Shown here: positions 37,201 to 51,200 of the stretch, in pieces
Numbering within the stretch: position 1 is the stretch's first letter
Layout: each line of letters opens with the position of its first letter
Origin: Fimbriosthenelais zetlandica
Taxonomy: Eukaryota
Assembly: GCA_977030845.1 (NCBI GenBank)
Contig: OZ365114.1
Location: forward strand, 15,314,001-15,378,000
Direction: 5' to 3'
DNA length: 64,000 nt
Notes under the pieces: model-generated
What the model saw: only the letters and a program-made list of their open reading frames with translations
The model's database searches: none
Told to the model about the DNA's origin: nothing
Translations under genes and position numbers: made by a program

Positions 37201-38398
37201 AGGCTTTATCACACTACCTTCTATTATGGTGCACATTAAGAGTGCCCATGGCGGAGTAACCGTTGCATCATTAAAAGCATCTCATAGTAAACAGGGGGCT
37301 TTTTAACTGAAGGAGCTTTGCTTGAAAGGATGTGATGTACCGGCAAAACTTTGAAGGGAGTCCATAATCCTGTTCATTCAAAAAGGTTTCTGGCGTTGAA
37401 TGACTATATTTCCCTGTGTAATTTATAACTAAAATATGAAGCTTTGAAAATCACTTGAACCTTGTACTTGTACATGCATGGAGGTCCTTTCAAAGTTTCC
37501 ATATAACTGATCTCATATTCCCTTCTTGGGCTTGAATGGCCATGTTGCATATTTCGGAGGAAAATTTAATACTAGTATCCCCTCTTAATAATTACTATTC
37601 TAATGTGAACTGTAACGATAACATTTTTAAGATAACACATTGCCAAAAGCCTCCTAACATTTATCTAGTGGCAAACTGAGAATGATTCATTATATCTGCA
37701 TATTTCTAAATGCTAAGATTACGGGACTCCCTTAATGGCAATTCAGAAAGAGTCTCTTCAAAGAAATACCTCTATCATCAAAATAATATACTTGTCCAAT
37801 GGGCATATCAGAGTAACAGCCATTTGTCTGATTACAAGAGGAAGAATATGCTTGGATGGCTCTAGATGAAAAACCTGTCTCCGACTAAACTTGCCAGGAG
37901 CATATTTCCATTTAGTAATGCAGCAATTTGTGTTAATTTTCTAAGTGATTTTTCATTTCACTCTTGCTTCCGCAGCAGTTCCTGTTTCTGGCCTAGGTCT
38001 CATTTAATGGGCTCCATTGAAACAAATCTTAGCTATTGCGTAGAATCATGTGTTGCCGATTGCCGAGTGCAAAAACATTAACTGGCAAATAATGATAAAA
38101 CATACCATGCCACGGCTGTCACGCTGCATTACGTGTCCTGTAATGGCTTCTTTAGCCAATTTATCTATTCTTTGAATGTCCTCCAGTTTACCTGTTCAAA
38201 ATCGAACTGTAGACCTAACCATGCAGAATATAAACTGTGCCCGGGTGTATACATGTTTGTCATGTAACATGAAAGAACATCCTGAAATAGGTGTCACACA
38301 ATAAGTATGCAGGTGTGTTAGGTAACAGAGGTTTTATGCGTATGTGGCAAAAAACACATCAAAGAAATCTTACTTATTTTCGTATGTGAAATCTCCTT

Positions 38399-38690
38399 TT
38401 TTTTAGTTAGAATTTTTATAGAGCCTGTTATGGGTGAGTACCAGCTCACACTCTTGATTACTCAAGTTTTCGTATGATTTTCAGCTGGGGGCTCTTTCTA
38501 AGTGCATCGCTACATTGCCTTCTGTGCAATGGATATTTCTAGGTGCATGTGCTCTAGAACATATGTACAACAGTGAGGAGGGAGGCATTGGAAATGCCTT
38601 GGACAGCTCGGGGGATTGAACCGCCGACCCTTCGATCATTGGTCAATCACCCTGTATGAGCTGGCGCTCTAACCAACTGAGCTAACTCCC
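38399..38690 (-). mobile_element. tRNA-derived SINE (tRNA-Ile(AAT)-like head), about 290 bp
   Basis: Minus-strand head GGGGAGTTAGCTCAGTTGGTTAGAGCG...GGTTCAATCC, with A box at 38673-38684 and B box at 38613-38622. The A8 tail corresponds to plus T-run 38397-38404. A 6-bp direct repeat CTCCTT flanks it at 38393-38398 and 38691-38696. Acceptor and T stems are degenerate, so it is not a functional tRNA. Confidence 0.7.
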
Positions 38691-41600
38691 CTCCTTAATT
38701 ATCTTAAGTCTTAATGGACCTACACCCATATTATACGTGGGATAGGTCATCTCCATTAGGGACTCCTTTGAAATTGAAGACTCCCAGATGGATGCCCTTC
38801 AGTATTATTTGAGGTAGCAATAGCTAAAAATGGCTTAAGTGATTATTTCAATTACTATATTTCTTCATTGAATGCGTTGCCAGTTCATGGAAAAAAATCT
38901 GACTAAAACGGATTTGTAAGGAGGTATCATATTTGGATTTAATCCACCAAAGTCAATGCTCCAGAGTGTCGTATGTCATCAGCATTGTTCACTAAACACT
39001 CGAACTGAATACGTTTGCATATTAAGTATTAACTCCCTCCTGACCATTATGGAAATTATTGTATGCCATTCACCCGAGTGTACCTTTTCTTAATACCTTT
39101 CTCATTAAATGATTATGATTATGAGATTGGGGTATTTAGCCCGGCTTTATGTTACGACAATATGGGTCTAGGTCAAAATAAGGAGGATGAACTCAATATA
39201 AGGTACACGAAAATTTGCACTTCTTATTTTTGTGTGTGATGCACTGGAATGAGCAAGGTGATCATCTTTACTTCACACCTTAGCACTTTAGTCTGATGAG
39301 GTTAATCTTGCCAGAGATGCTGCATTTTTAAAGAAGTCTGTACCTTGTTCAAGATAATGCATAAATGGCATGCCCTGAAATATCAGTTATCAATAGTGTA
39401 TGAATAAAGGTACTGAAGTGATAGACTGTAGTATGTATGGACGTAATCGCTATACATATGTAACATTGCCATATTGGATGCATTTATCAATATATCCTTT
39501 GACATGTTGATACTTTGATCAGTTTCATCCTTGATCAGGGCCTTTGATGTATTTGTATGTACCCAGCCTTGACCTCATTAGTGTATTTACAGAAAGCTTT
39601 CTTTGCCAACAGTAGTACCTTTGACAACAGACTGGCGCCAACATCAACAGTGGATAGCTTCTTAAGATACCCAAAATGAAACTATCAGCATTATCATAGC
39701 TAAACTGGGAGGGGAAACAAACACATGAAAAACTTTCACAATGAACAGAAAAAAAGAAAACATTAGGCCTAGTCTGGTGGTATTTAACAATGCTAAACTT
39801 GTCCCATCTTCTGGCCTAACAGGTTGAGCCTCAATTATATAGCCTGCCACCTCCTCCAATTCAACTATGCTGGCTACCCCAACATTGCATAGACACCACC
39901 TCCACCTCCTCCTTCCTCCTTCAAGGAGTCAATTCCCTTATAAATCCCCAGGATGGGTTTATGTCCAAATGCTCTATAAATAGTCTGGCCCCCAATCTAT
40001 TGATGTATACAGAGAATCTATAAGTCCCCAGATGCAGGCCAGAGAAGCAATCGAAACCGAGCGTGTGAGCAAGAGGGTCCCAGGCTCTCCCTTGGGCCCC
40101 ACCCTTCCGTTGTCTGGGCCAATCCTTATGACAGCTTTCCACCACTTTTCTGCTTCCTTATACCAGGCATTGGTCGTGCTGCCAATTGATCCATCCTATC
40201 TGACTGCTTACAACAAGGTCGGTGCTCTGATAGCACCAGATGTGACTTGAACAAAGCCTCTGGTCTAGTAGCATGATCCGAGGCCTGTGGACACAGGGGT
40301 ATGGTGTTTCCGAAACTTTGCCTTGGGAGACTTCGTTTGAAAAGGTGCTAAGGACACAGAGAGGGGAGGAGAGCTGGAAAAATAATTAGCTTCTAGTGGT
40401 GAGAATGATTGGACACTGGGATTTTTTTCTACCATGCAGGACCATTGCATCTTCCCCTGCTTGCTTCACTTGTTAATAATATACATGTAAGTTTTGTGGA
40501 TATCAAATAGTTGATGACAAATATTCATGGGCTGATTTAGGATCCCTTAGGAGGAGCTGTCTCCATAAAAACTGCGATTAACATCTGATAATAACACTGA
40601 TAAGACCTCGAGTCAATGCGAAAGGAAAAATGTATCTTGAAACGAAAGGAAACTGCATGGTTGTGATATTGGAGATGGTCGACCTTGATCTTTTCACACA
40701 ATTATCTGTGGAATCCCTTGTATCTCAAGGCAATTACTCGCCCAGGAAAGGGAATCTGCTTAAAATTTAACACTTGCATGAGTGGCAAATTTGCTGAACT
40801 GCCAACCCAGTGAATCTGTAAACAATGTCTTACTGCAACACCAAGAACTGTTAGGATGGAGGACTAGTCTATTGACGGAGGTCCCTTGTGGGGCCTTCGA
40901 GCAGCAGGCATGACAAACAGATAGCTATCCCACAGAGGGCATGCGACTAGGGTCAGGATCCTTTGACAATAGTGATCCATGCCCGCGAGGCGAAAAAGCA
41001 CCTACCCCGCAAATCCCAACTGCATTCCACCCCCAGCCTCCAAGGAAGAGCTATCAGTACTTTCATGTTACCTAACAGTTTCAGTCTGCTGGCATTTTTT
41101 TCTGTATCTCTTGGTGTCAGACAAGGATTGCCAGAGGCGTTGGAATGAATGTGTTCCTATTGATGCAGGTCAATACAGTAGCTCCCGGGCCCAAGGCTTT
41201 TTTATGCAACAGCAGTGATGGAAGGATCATGGTTATTGGCAAACAACTATATGGCTGTGTGATTTTGAGCTTTTCGGTCCCTAGATGCTAGACAGGGCCA
41301 GTAGTTAAATACATGTGGTTGCATAGAAAGTTAGAGACTGCTTTACATCATTGTACTTCCCATTGTGAAGAACGTTATCTCTTTATATTCATTTTTCCAA
41401 CTGCTCTAACGCTTCATATACATAACGTCATGCCGCCCACACCAGCATTACCAGTAGGCCCCCTACATTGTGCACTGTACACCAAAGAAATTCTCCAAAG
41501 AAAAAAGTGCAAAAAGCTTTTAACACTGTTCTGAGCCTTCTGGGACGGAGAAGGAATGCAGAAAAAATGCCTGCAAAGGATTGGATAAAAGTAATTGCCA

Positions 41601-41840
41601 CCTTAGAATAGCAACCGATGCTCCATGAAAGAGGTGGAAGGATGTGTCCAGTGGCATGCTTTTAGATTCTCCAAGATGTGTCTCCGAGATTCAAGAAGAT
41701 ATAATGTAAACCCAATTCCCAGATCAAATATATAACTTTGGTATGATCACGTAGCAGAGTTTTATACTTTAGCCCCCCTTAATATCTTATAGCATCCCTG
41801 ACACCAGACACGGACTCCAGCCTCCACAATTGCCAACCAA

Positions 41841-41950
41841 ATGACTCTTGTCAAGGCCAAGCAATGGGTACAACAATGGTGGATATTTGAGAAGAATGGC
41901 CATGTTTACCCCCGGGGATCATGTTAAGTATCTGGGAGTAAAAAAGGCTT
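41841..41950 (+). mobile_element. Tiny decayed LINE RT C-terminal fragment
   Basis: MTLVKAKQWVQQW... followed, after a frameshift, by GDHVKYLGV, resembling the 'W...W...' and 'KYLG' motifs at the end of CR1/L2-type RT domains. Confidence 0.3.
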
Positions 41951-43722
41951 AATGATGATGCGATTGTGAGGACTGGAGTGCTTCTTCTTCCACTGTGGGG
42001 CTATAAGGTGGTGGGAAGAGGAAATGATGGAGCAATGGGTGCTAGAAAACGAAGGCATTGTTGATCACAAATTCCAAGTGAGAGAAAGTGTTCTAGTCGG
42101 GATAAAATGAAGACTTTCTTGTCGCTCTTTGTTGCTGAATTTCAATGAGAGGGCAACATATAATATGTTTCTCATAAGATATGATTCAGAATGTATAATA
42201 ATTCACAATATGAATATTTTATTTGGAATATAATGAAGTTGATTTTAAAAATAACTGCCCATTATCAGGTTGATTGATCAGGATAATAATATTTATAATC
42301 CATTGAACATACGTATTGTATGTAATAGTGATGCATCGAATGTTGTCATTTCAATCCAATCAGGTTGATATCGCTTCAAAATGCACCGGGGACTTGGGGG
42401 ATCGCTGTTGCACATACATTACATTTCACAAAGCCCTTGAAATCGGAAATCATGGCGAGGGGGCAAATGTAATAAAGAATGCTTGGGTGACAGGAAGAAA
42501 CACGCTTGCTGTTGTGGCCGGTGAGATGGTGCACTGAAATTACGCTTCAGCTTTCTTGACTCTGAGTTTCCTTCGCAATAAGTACCTGGCAGTAGTTTCT
42601 GACTTGAATCTGATCCAGCAATGCTTTAAGCTATCAATGCTTGTAAGGGACCCTCTCTTGCATTCAGTGCAAATTAATATAGAAGAAATACACCTGCAAA
42701 TAATCCATTTGGACAAGTTACACTTTGGTGCTTTTTGGTTCGGGAATCAAATGAGTTTTGTCTACTTCATAATTTAAATGCAATTCGGAATGGTTTTATG
42801 TTCAAATATCTCATTACAACTACACCTTGTGCGAGATTTAATTCGTCATTTCCCAATGTAATTAGTAATAAATCCACACTAAAACAGTGCAATACTAAAA
42901 TACCATCCATAAATCCGGAAGGCGTGTTTCTATTTTGATTAGACATGATCAGAATTAAAATGATTCATATTCCAGGTTCACTGGTTGGGGAATACGAACA
43001 TTTTAATGTTTCCAAAACCATGCATGTCAAGGAATACTTGAAGCAATAATGTTCCCCATTTCACTTGATTACAAGCAGATTTTGAGTTTGAATTCTAAAT
43101 TTCCCTTTCCATTTGAACATCATTGACAAACCAAAAGTCTGTCTCAGGCCTTGTAGTATTGTGACACTGTCGGCTGAGTTACTCCTCTTTCACGGGTTCG
43201 GGAATTCATACCCAAGACCCATCCTTTCATCCAAGCCGTGAGAGGTCTGGTAAACATGACACTGCTTATTTTGAGGCAGTCCCTCTTGAAGACCGAAAAA
43301 AATAGACCAGAGCACATAATCCTTGGAGGTGCCGGCTTTCGTACTCCAGCGACTATTGGCTTCAACAAGGGCTGTTGTAAGCTGAGCCAGAGGAAGCACA
43401 CACGTGTCATTGAATTCCACATTAAAGGATGAGCTGCCTTTTTCGTGCTTGTGCTTTTCGAAAGTCAGGCACACACTGCTGCCAATCAACTTGTAGAAGG
43501 CCCTTAATGTGGTCGGTGCACCACAGCAAATTTCAGGAAGGCAAAGTCCTAATTGCATGCATGGTCGCAGCTGCGTGTGCAGTGGCACTGGAAAGCATAG
43601 TACCTATAATGGAAGATGCTCGTCTGGTCTATACCAAAACGGAAAGTTCCCTTTAAAATGTTGTAAAACTGTTAGAATATTAATTGCTGTGGTAGGAAAA
43701 ACAGTCGCTGCTCTGTTGAGAC

Positions 43723-43754
43723 TGAAAACGGCATGAATTGAAAACGGCATGAAT
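43723..43754 (+). repeat. Exact 16-bp tandem duplication
   Basis: TGAAAACGGCATGAAT twice. Confidence 0.9.
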
Positions 43755-46700
43755 CAAAGGCAGAAAGTCTGATAATAATCATTTGAATGGATGACATCAA
43801 TGCATCAACATTCGGTGTTGCCCCTTCTTGGATGAATGGATTTCTAATGGCCTGAACAGGGGTTTATATCTGATTTTGGTGCCTTTATTGCTTCTCCAGG
43901 CAGAGTGAATTAGCTGGAGGCAGTTTCCACATGCTGGTAAGAGCATGGCACTATCTCGTCTTGCTTGGACAGTCAGCTTTTCATCATCACCCCACCATGA
44001 CTGAATTATGTACGACTGAGGCTGCCTCCGTGGATGCCATTCCTGCTACATCTTCATCACCCGCGGCTGACCCATCTCAAATGACATCCAATTGCTTTTC
44101 ATGTCAGATTTCTATCAGCAAATCAGCAGTGCTGTTTGGCAATGGCTACTGGAGAGGCCAGTGTGTTGGGGCTGCGAGGGAGCATTTGCTCTCCTCCCGA
44201 CATGTCTGTGACTTTCACATCACTGCCCGGCTTATGAGTCCTGTGTAGCTCAGAGCAGCTCTCCACAATGTGCTCCATTTATAAGCAGTTTATTGGTGTT
44301 ATGACAGGGTTTCTGTACTTTAATTATAACCTGTATGTATATACTCAATAGTTGAGAGGAAAGAACTCTGGCAGCAATGAGGCTTTCATGTAGTGTGAAT
44401 ACCATTTCCATGAAAATGGCATACTTTGCAAAGCAAATGTGACACATATGTAAATTTAGTGTGGAATGCCTGTCAAGATTATACATGATATTTGCTACCA
44501 GATGTGATTATCTGAAGGGGAGAGCCATGTCTTCCTGCCTTCTCTGACAGGCAGATTCTTGTATAGGGACTGATTATTCAGGTAACAACATTGTTTGCCC
44601 CAAACCAGCTAATCTGTTTCCCTGTGTCTGCTTAAGGCATTCACAGACAGTTGCGTGTGCCTGTATATTGTCCTTTCCAGTTCCCAATCCATCTCTTGTT
44701 AGAAATGACACAAAAACACTAAGTAATGTATCTCATATATAAGCTAGAGGTATACAGACGCATACAAAGTAAGGAAATGACAGATATGTTCTGCAGCCTA
44801 ATTGTTTGAAACAGATAGAAATGTCTTTTTGAAAGAATAATTACCAACGAAATAGGCCTACATTGCTGGATGTTAATTCAATATTAGTACTTCAGTATTT
44901 AAGGCATATGTATGTGTAGGTATATTCCAGTGAAAGTATGCACTGCAGATTATTAGAAACATTTGGTCAAGAGGTATTCTGTCTTCTTTAGCCTACTCGC
45001 CATGAAGAGAAATGAAGCAAGTTTTTACCAACTGGCGTTCGGTTGTACCATTCATATTCTGGGATTTAAGGAACAAGGTACCCGTCAGATTGTCTTTGGT
45101 TGCTTCATTTTAAAAAACCTGTTGAATATTCATAGGGTTTTTTTTATGTCGCTCACTGTTAATGTCCAATACAATCTGTTGAATTGCCCTTCATCATTAC
45201 CACCGCTACATTGCTAAATGGGAAATACTTTCAAAAGACTGCAGTGGAGCCTTTTGTTTAGGAGAGGAGATAAAGCCTCCGTATAGAGTTTTCTTAAAAG
45301 AAACCGTAGGGAAATGCTTGCCTAAGTAGGAGAGAAAAAGAATATGTAGATGTGCTGAATTTTAATACCCAGTCAGTAGAAAGAGTGTGAAGGTGGGAGA
45401 AGAACATAATGGGAAAATGATTCCTTAAAAGCCTGTTTTGTGGGCAATTGATTGGAATATTTTCTTGCGTGAGGCGAGTGGTGAGTTTTTAGCGTAAATG
45501 ATAGTGGTCCATGAAATCGTGCAATGTTCTTGGCCATTTTTTGTTCATTAGATTGAATGAATTAAAAGTGGCAAGACCAGGGATAATGATTTGATCCTGT
45601 TGTGACTGATTTAAGCAGTGAGCAGTTGAGAACTAGTAATTTAATATTTAAGTGTGTTATGGATTAAGAATTAGAGATAAAAGTTATGATCTTCAAGAAT
45701 CTTTATTATACGAGTATGTTATAACTTGGACGTTATCTTGACAGTTTGTATGTTTCTGTCGCACATCTTGACCTCAAAATACTTCACACCCTCATTTCTA
45801 CTTTCTTACGCTTCCCCCATGTTCCATTTCCACTTTCGCTATCAGCATCCTTTAGTTGCTCTAGCGACAGTGATAGGCAGAAGGGATCCTCTTTTCTTTG
45901 CCTCTGACTAGAAATTCTATGCACCGCTTTCCTCAGCAAAGGCATAAGAAGCTTTCTTCATGATATATGGTCCTTGCCTTGGGGAAGTTCTTTATTTATA
46001 ACTGTTGCGGTCCACCATCGCTTTTGTAATACACAATATTTATTTGGCGTTTTTCATAGTTGATTGCTTATTTTTTCCGATTTAAATGACCAGGTCCTTT
46101 TTCTGCCTTTCTCCCGTCAAATGTCGCCTTAGGGAATGAGGACAAAAAGAGCAGGGGACATTATTCTGTCGGTGTTGGTGGTGGGGAGAACGCGCGCTGC
46201 TTAATAAGAAGGCTCTGTTGTCAGACGTCCCAGAGAGGCAGTCAAGTATGGAGAGGAAATAGTGAGTGCTGGAGGTGGTGGAGGTTTCTTATTGACAAGC
46301 ATATCATGAGGATGCAGTTCCTTCAGGGTGGTCCAACACACAGACACAGATACAGCAAACTCCTCTCAATAAGTGAAAATAGAAAGAATATCCCTCGTCC
46401 TATTCATGCTGGTGGCTACAGGAGAAAAAATCCTACCAATCAATATCTCGTACTATATATGGATCATTCAGATTCACCCGGAAGAAATTTAGATTATTCA
46501 AAAAATTATAATCAAATTGGAATTTTGAAGTTCCAAGGAAGAGTACCATTTATAAGAAACCCGACGGTGATGGATGCATGAATAAGGAAATGCCATTTTG
46601 ACCATTATAATCTTTCTTTTTCCTTGCTTGGTTAAAAGTCACTTGAGAATTTTGGCTTGGTCGTGGCTCTGGGATTTAGGTCGGAACAGAAAGATAAGGA

Positions 46701-49700
46701 ACATTAATTTCATTTCCATTGTGACTCCTGAAATATTCTCAGTGTGAGGATAAAACCATTGTCTTGAAAAGATTGTAAATGGCATGGGTGATTAATGCTC
46801 AAGGAACCAGCTCAGCAGAAACATATTGCCGTTGGCAAGAGGAACCTTCTGAATTGATTAATTTTGATTTGCAGTATGAATAATGGCTATTCAGTAAAGT
46901 GCAACCGGACCGTGGGTTTTCCCTTTCTTTGTGTATTGGACGTGAAAATCTGCTGACTCGGCCATTGCTCTCATCTTGTTTGCCCTTCCAGTCTGCTGCT
47001 TCATTTGTACTGCATTGTTTTAGTTAGTACATCGATCCTTAGTCCAGAGAGTTTGGGTTTTGTCAGAAATGAATTGCTTTTAACTTACACTGTAATATAA
47101 TAATGTTCAGATAATGTCCCTTTGTCCATACCTTTAATAAACTTTGATTCATATTCTTACATTTTCCTCCGAACAGGACTGTCAAGGCTTCAATTTTACT
47201 CCTTCCAAAAGTCATTAAATTACAAGGCATACAACTAATAAACCTGATGTGCACACAGTCCACATGATAATGGAGCTGGGACCATAGTATGAGTTTGTCC
47301 CAGTTAGTATTGAAGGCAGTGATTTATTTAGTGCCTTGTTCCAGTCACTGGTAGTGATGAGGATTTCCCCAGGGACGGTCTATTATGAATGTATGGCCTA
47401 ATCTCAATGTTGTGAGAAATAGATGAGCAATTTCGAGCTGCTCAGGGACTAGCTACCTGTCCTTTAGGCCTTTCTCTTGCCTTGATGGCGCTATCGCAGC
47501 CTCGGTGTATCTGCTCTACAGCAGCAAGCGATGCACCATGGCCATTCACCCTTGATGCTAACCCAGGCCGCTTGTAATGGAGTGCAACCGAGCACCTCTA
47601 TAGAAATTAATGAGCAAAAATCATATCTCAACCCAGCAAGAGCGAGTCAATTTCCCCCTCCTGCCAGGAAGGGGCTATAATGAAATCACAAACCATGCAA
47701 GTGTCAACCCTGAGTGGTAAGTTTATGGCCTGTGGCGTATGGTTAATATGAAGCATAGAGGTTATGTGAATTCAGTATATGGCGATGCGGTGTAAAAGCA
47801 TGATTGAAAGTAGAGGGGGTGGATTACCATCAAGGTGTCTACTGATTATTGGCCTTTCCCTCAGTGTCCCCATTCAGACAATACCCAGACGAGATTACCT
47901 CTATTATATGGCCACACCAGACTCTTGTCTCTCCACGAAGCCTGCTTCTCAATTGTTGCACTGACGACAGGTTATTTCCAAGAATATAATCAAGCTCTTG
48001 CAGCTTTCTATAATAGAGGAAACTAAAGGGATGATAATAACCACTATTATTATACAGCTGATCGCCAGTCGAGAAGGCATAGGGGATAAAAGATTCAAAC
48101 AGGCGCTAAAATGGCGTGCAAGAAAAACTTGCTCGATTCAGCCATTCCGACATTTTACTTAAGAATCATCCATTGTCCGAGTTTACAAAAGGAAAGAAAG
48201 TCAATCTTTCCAAGCAACAATCATCTTGTCTGGGTAATCGATATGAATAGTGTCAATCGGCTGAGAGAAAAATCTGTAATAGAAATCCTATCCTTGAGGA
48301 GAGAAATATTTGACAAGAGATGAGTTGCAGTTATCAGCGTGGCCCGAGCATTGTCAGCGGTGAAGAGTGATACAAACATAATAGATATGCTGGTTCAGAT
48401 AAGGGGGTCTATATAAGAGCGGATGGTACCTAATTGAGTTGGTCTATTGACTTTGTAGACCCCTTTCCGTCCTCTCCCTTTCTTCCCGTCTGTTTCTCTC
48501 CGTCTCTCTGTCTGTCTCTCTTTCTCTCGGGCGCGCGCTTTCTTGGAAAACCTCCTTGCCCCCCACCCCCACCCCGCTGTCTGTCAGACCAGCCATCTCT
48601 GTAGATATAAATATTGCCTTGCATTCTATCCGTCTATATATTTACCCACCGATGGTTTTTTGTGGATTTTCCGCTGGAGAGAGAGAGACAAAGGGAGAGA
48701 GGGAGGTAAAGAATTGCAGTATATAGAATTGGGAGGAAAGGCATGATTTTCCTTTATAGATGATGTAAGAAATCCATATGCTAAGTGGTTATTTAAGAGC
48801 TATCCATACTTTTTCCTATATGAGCAGCAACAGCGATAACTTGGAAGGTCGTCCTTTAAGTAAACGGAATATGATGGCGCTGGATGATTAGACTCCTATA
48901 TCCCATAAGTACTGTACTTCTGTTGACTTTTGCATAGTACTTCCTGGTGATTTAATTTGAATTAATCAACATTCAATGATCGGATTCTACATTAAATTTT
49001 CCTTTCCAAACCAATATTTAACTCGCAGAATAACAGAAACAAGAAGAGGGAGGGTTGAATTGGATGAATTGAATTAAATGAATTTTAATGCAATGCACTC
49101 TTTTATACCTGGCTTAGATTTATCCCAGGAACAACAGTTTGCGTTTTCCCAGTCTCATGGAAGCAGAACTATTCCTGCTGTGTTTTCAAAGAAGGCTTGA
49201 GGCATCTGATCAATCTGCCAACCGAAACCTCTAGCCTAATGGATTTTGCGTGTCAAATGAAATCGTGATGAAAACCCTAACCATCAACCAGTTTTAACAG
49301 CCTTGTTGTAACACATCGAGTTACCTCACATGAAAGAAAACCAGCTGTGTGAAGGGAGGACCCTATAGGAGACAGAGACGTGCAAGATAACCTGATGAAA
49401 CGAGGCGCTTTTTTGGTGAGGGACTCTAGGGAGGTCAGGGACAGACATGGTTTCCTATATGCGTGATTAAAAATGTAGTACCTGTTCTTCCCTTAATTCA
49501 GTCAGGTGTCATTGGGCAAGGCATGTACTGTCTGCCAGTGGTACCTGCCTGACCTATACCGCATAAAACCGCCTGCTGATGACCAGCCTTCTTACGTCGC
49601 TACATCTTTGCCTTAGGTTGGGCTGTTCAGTTCAAGGCAAATGGTTAGGAGCTGTCAGCATTCAGTTGGCAGTTCCTATGTTCAGCATAACAGATTAGAC

Positions 49701-50170
49701 TAAGTCATCTTCAGTTGACAGCTCCAAGTTGCAGTTTATTCTGTGTGAAAGAAATAAATATTCAACTTGACATTTGATAATCCTGTTTCAGAAAGCATAT
49801 TAGATTAGGACAAATCCAAAGAGTGTCTCCTTGTTTTAGGAAAGTAGTAACTCTACAGGGATGCTTTGGCTTGCTAACTTGATCTCACACTCAGCTTAAA
49901 GCGATAAAGCTAGATATCATGAAGTACTCAGAATATTAAATGTTAGATTATCTTCATTGTCTGGTAACTAAAACCAGTATGACATATCAAATAGCATTAC
50001 AAAGGCTTTGCCATATTATTATGTTTTATATCAAACTAATTGGTGTAATAACTTATTAATTATATTTGAAATTATCATGCATAGTAGGTCTATATAGGGA
50101 CCGAAACAATGTTTTGATGTATTATAGAATATAGGTGATATGTTTATATTGTATTTTTTTTATTTGTAAC

Positions 50171-50266
50171 CTCCTGGGCACAAAGAGCTTCTGACCAAGT
50201 GCAGCAAGACCTTCTCCATCGTCTCTTGGCCTAGCACACTATAGTTCTTGTACACAATCCCTGCTT
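50171..50266 (-). other. Isolated candidate 96-nt phase-1/phase-1 exon on the minus strand
   Basis: Acceptor GGTTTTTCCCCTCATCTTCAG; open frame AGIVYKNYSVLGQETMEKVLLHLVRSSLCPG; weak donor AG|GTTACA. No partner exons found. Confidence 0.22.
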
Positions 50267-50689
50267 CTGAAGATGAGGGGAAAAACCTCCTGCAGCTGGG
50301 TAGAGACAGAGAGAGAGGGGGCTACTGAGAGGAGAGGGGAATGTGTGATGCTAGAATATGGTAGAACTCTCTGCTTGATGTGATCTTCTTCGTATGCAGT
50401 CCTAGCTATACATCAAAGGAACATCTAAGCTGAGAAAGGCAATAAATGATTTTATAGCTTCCTACCATTCCCAACACAACATACTCAAGATCAGAGGCTT
50501 CCATGTACAGCTATGGGTGCAATAATATTTGTGCAGCATATCTACAAGCAAGATCAGCAAAATCTATAGAGGCCACTTTGTTATAATTCCATAACTAAAT
50601 TCATGGGCGTATCTATAGCCATTATTATGGTTCCTGTCTCAGAATGCTAATGGGATAAGGATGAATTTTGACCACAAATTTTGTTTAGA

Positions 50690-51200
50690 CTAGTTCCAGG
50701 TACTTGCTGGACGTACTGGTATGTTTGGGGAAAGCAGCCAGAAGCAGCAAACGCATTGACCTTATTTTTTGGTCAAACCATCGCAGACCTCTTCCAGCCA
50801 ATTGATTGGATAAGCCTGATCACGTGATGGCCATTCCAATTAGCTCTCACTCTTCCATTTGCTTCGGAATTCCTGCTGTAGAGCATAAAAAGACCCTTAC
50901 CACGATATTCCACTTCCTAGAATGTTGGTTCATACATTTGAATTCAACTTCATTTGGAAAGCAATCATGTCTATGTTCCTGAAACAGCAGGCTGACCTTG
51001 GAACATGTCCATTGAATGTGGCAAGCTTGAACATCAAAATATTTTTTAACACATTCTGGCGAGATGCATTTTGTATAGAGAGGAGTGAGACAGATAGTAT
51101 GTGTATGGAATTGGCATCTATTATGGATGAGTCTGAACAAACTGATTGGCAGTTTACATGCCTGTAAAGCAAGCTATGTCCAGACACTTCACTTGGGCAG
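50690..51200 (-). mobile_element. Decayed L1/Tx1-type LINE, ORF2 C-terminal zinc-knuckle region
   Basis: Track ORF 50847-51140 reads FRLIHNR...LTP...ISPEC...HIQWTCSKV, matching the L1/Tx1 pattern FKILHR..LTP...SPLC..C...H.FWSCPK. Downstream is AYPINWLEEVCDGL, like 'P....WL.E....L'. Cys residues are partly lost and stops are present. Confidence 0.55.

Noticed and set aside
38600-38691. Functional intron-containing tRNA-Met(CAT)
   Set aside because: The strand before CTCATA cannot pair with the 3' anticodon strand, the acceptor and T stems have several mismatches, and the A-tail plus TSD indicate a retroposed SINE.
42300-44300. GC-richer block with overlapping ORFs on both strands
   Set aside because: Probably an old mobile element, but no transposase, RT or other motif could be confirmed in any frame.
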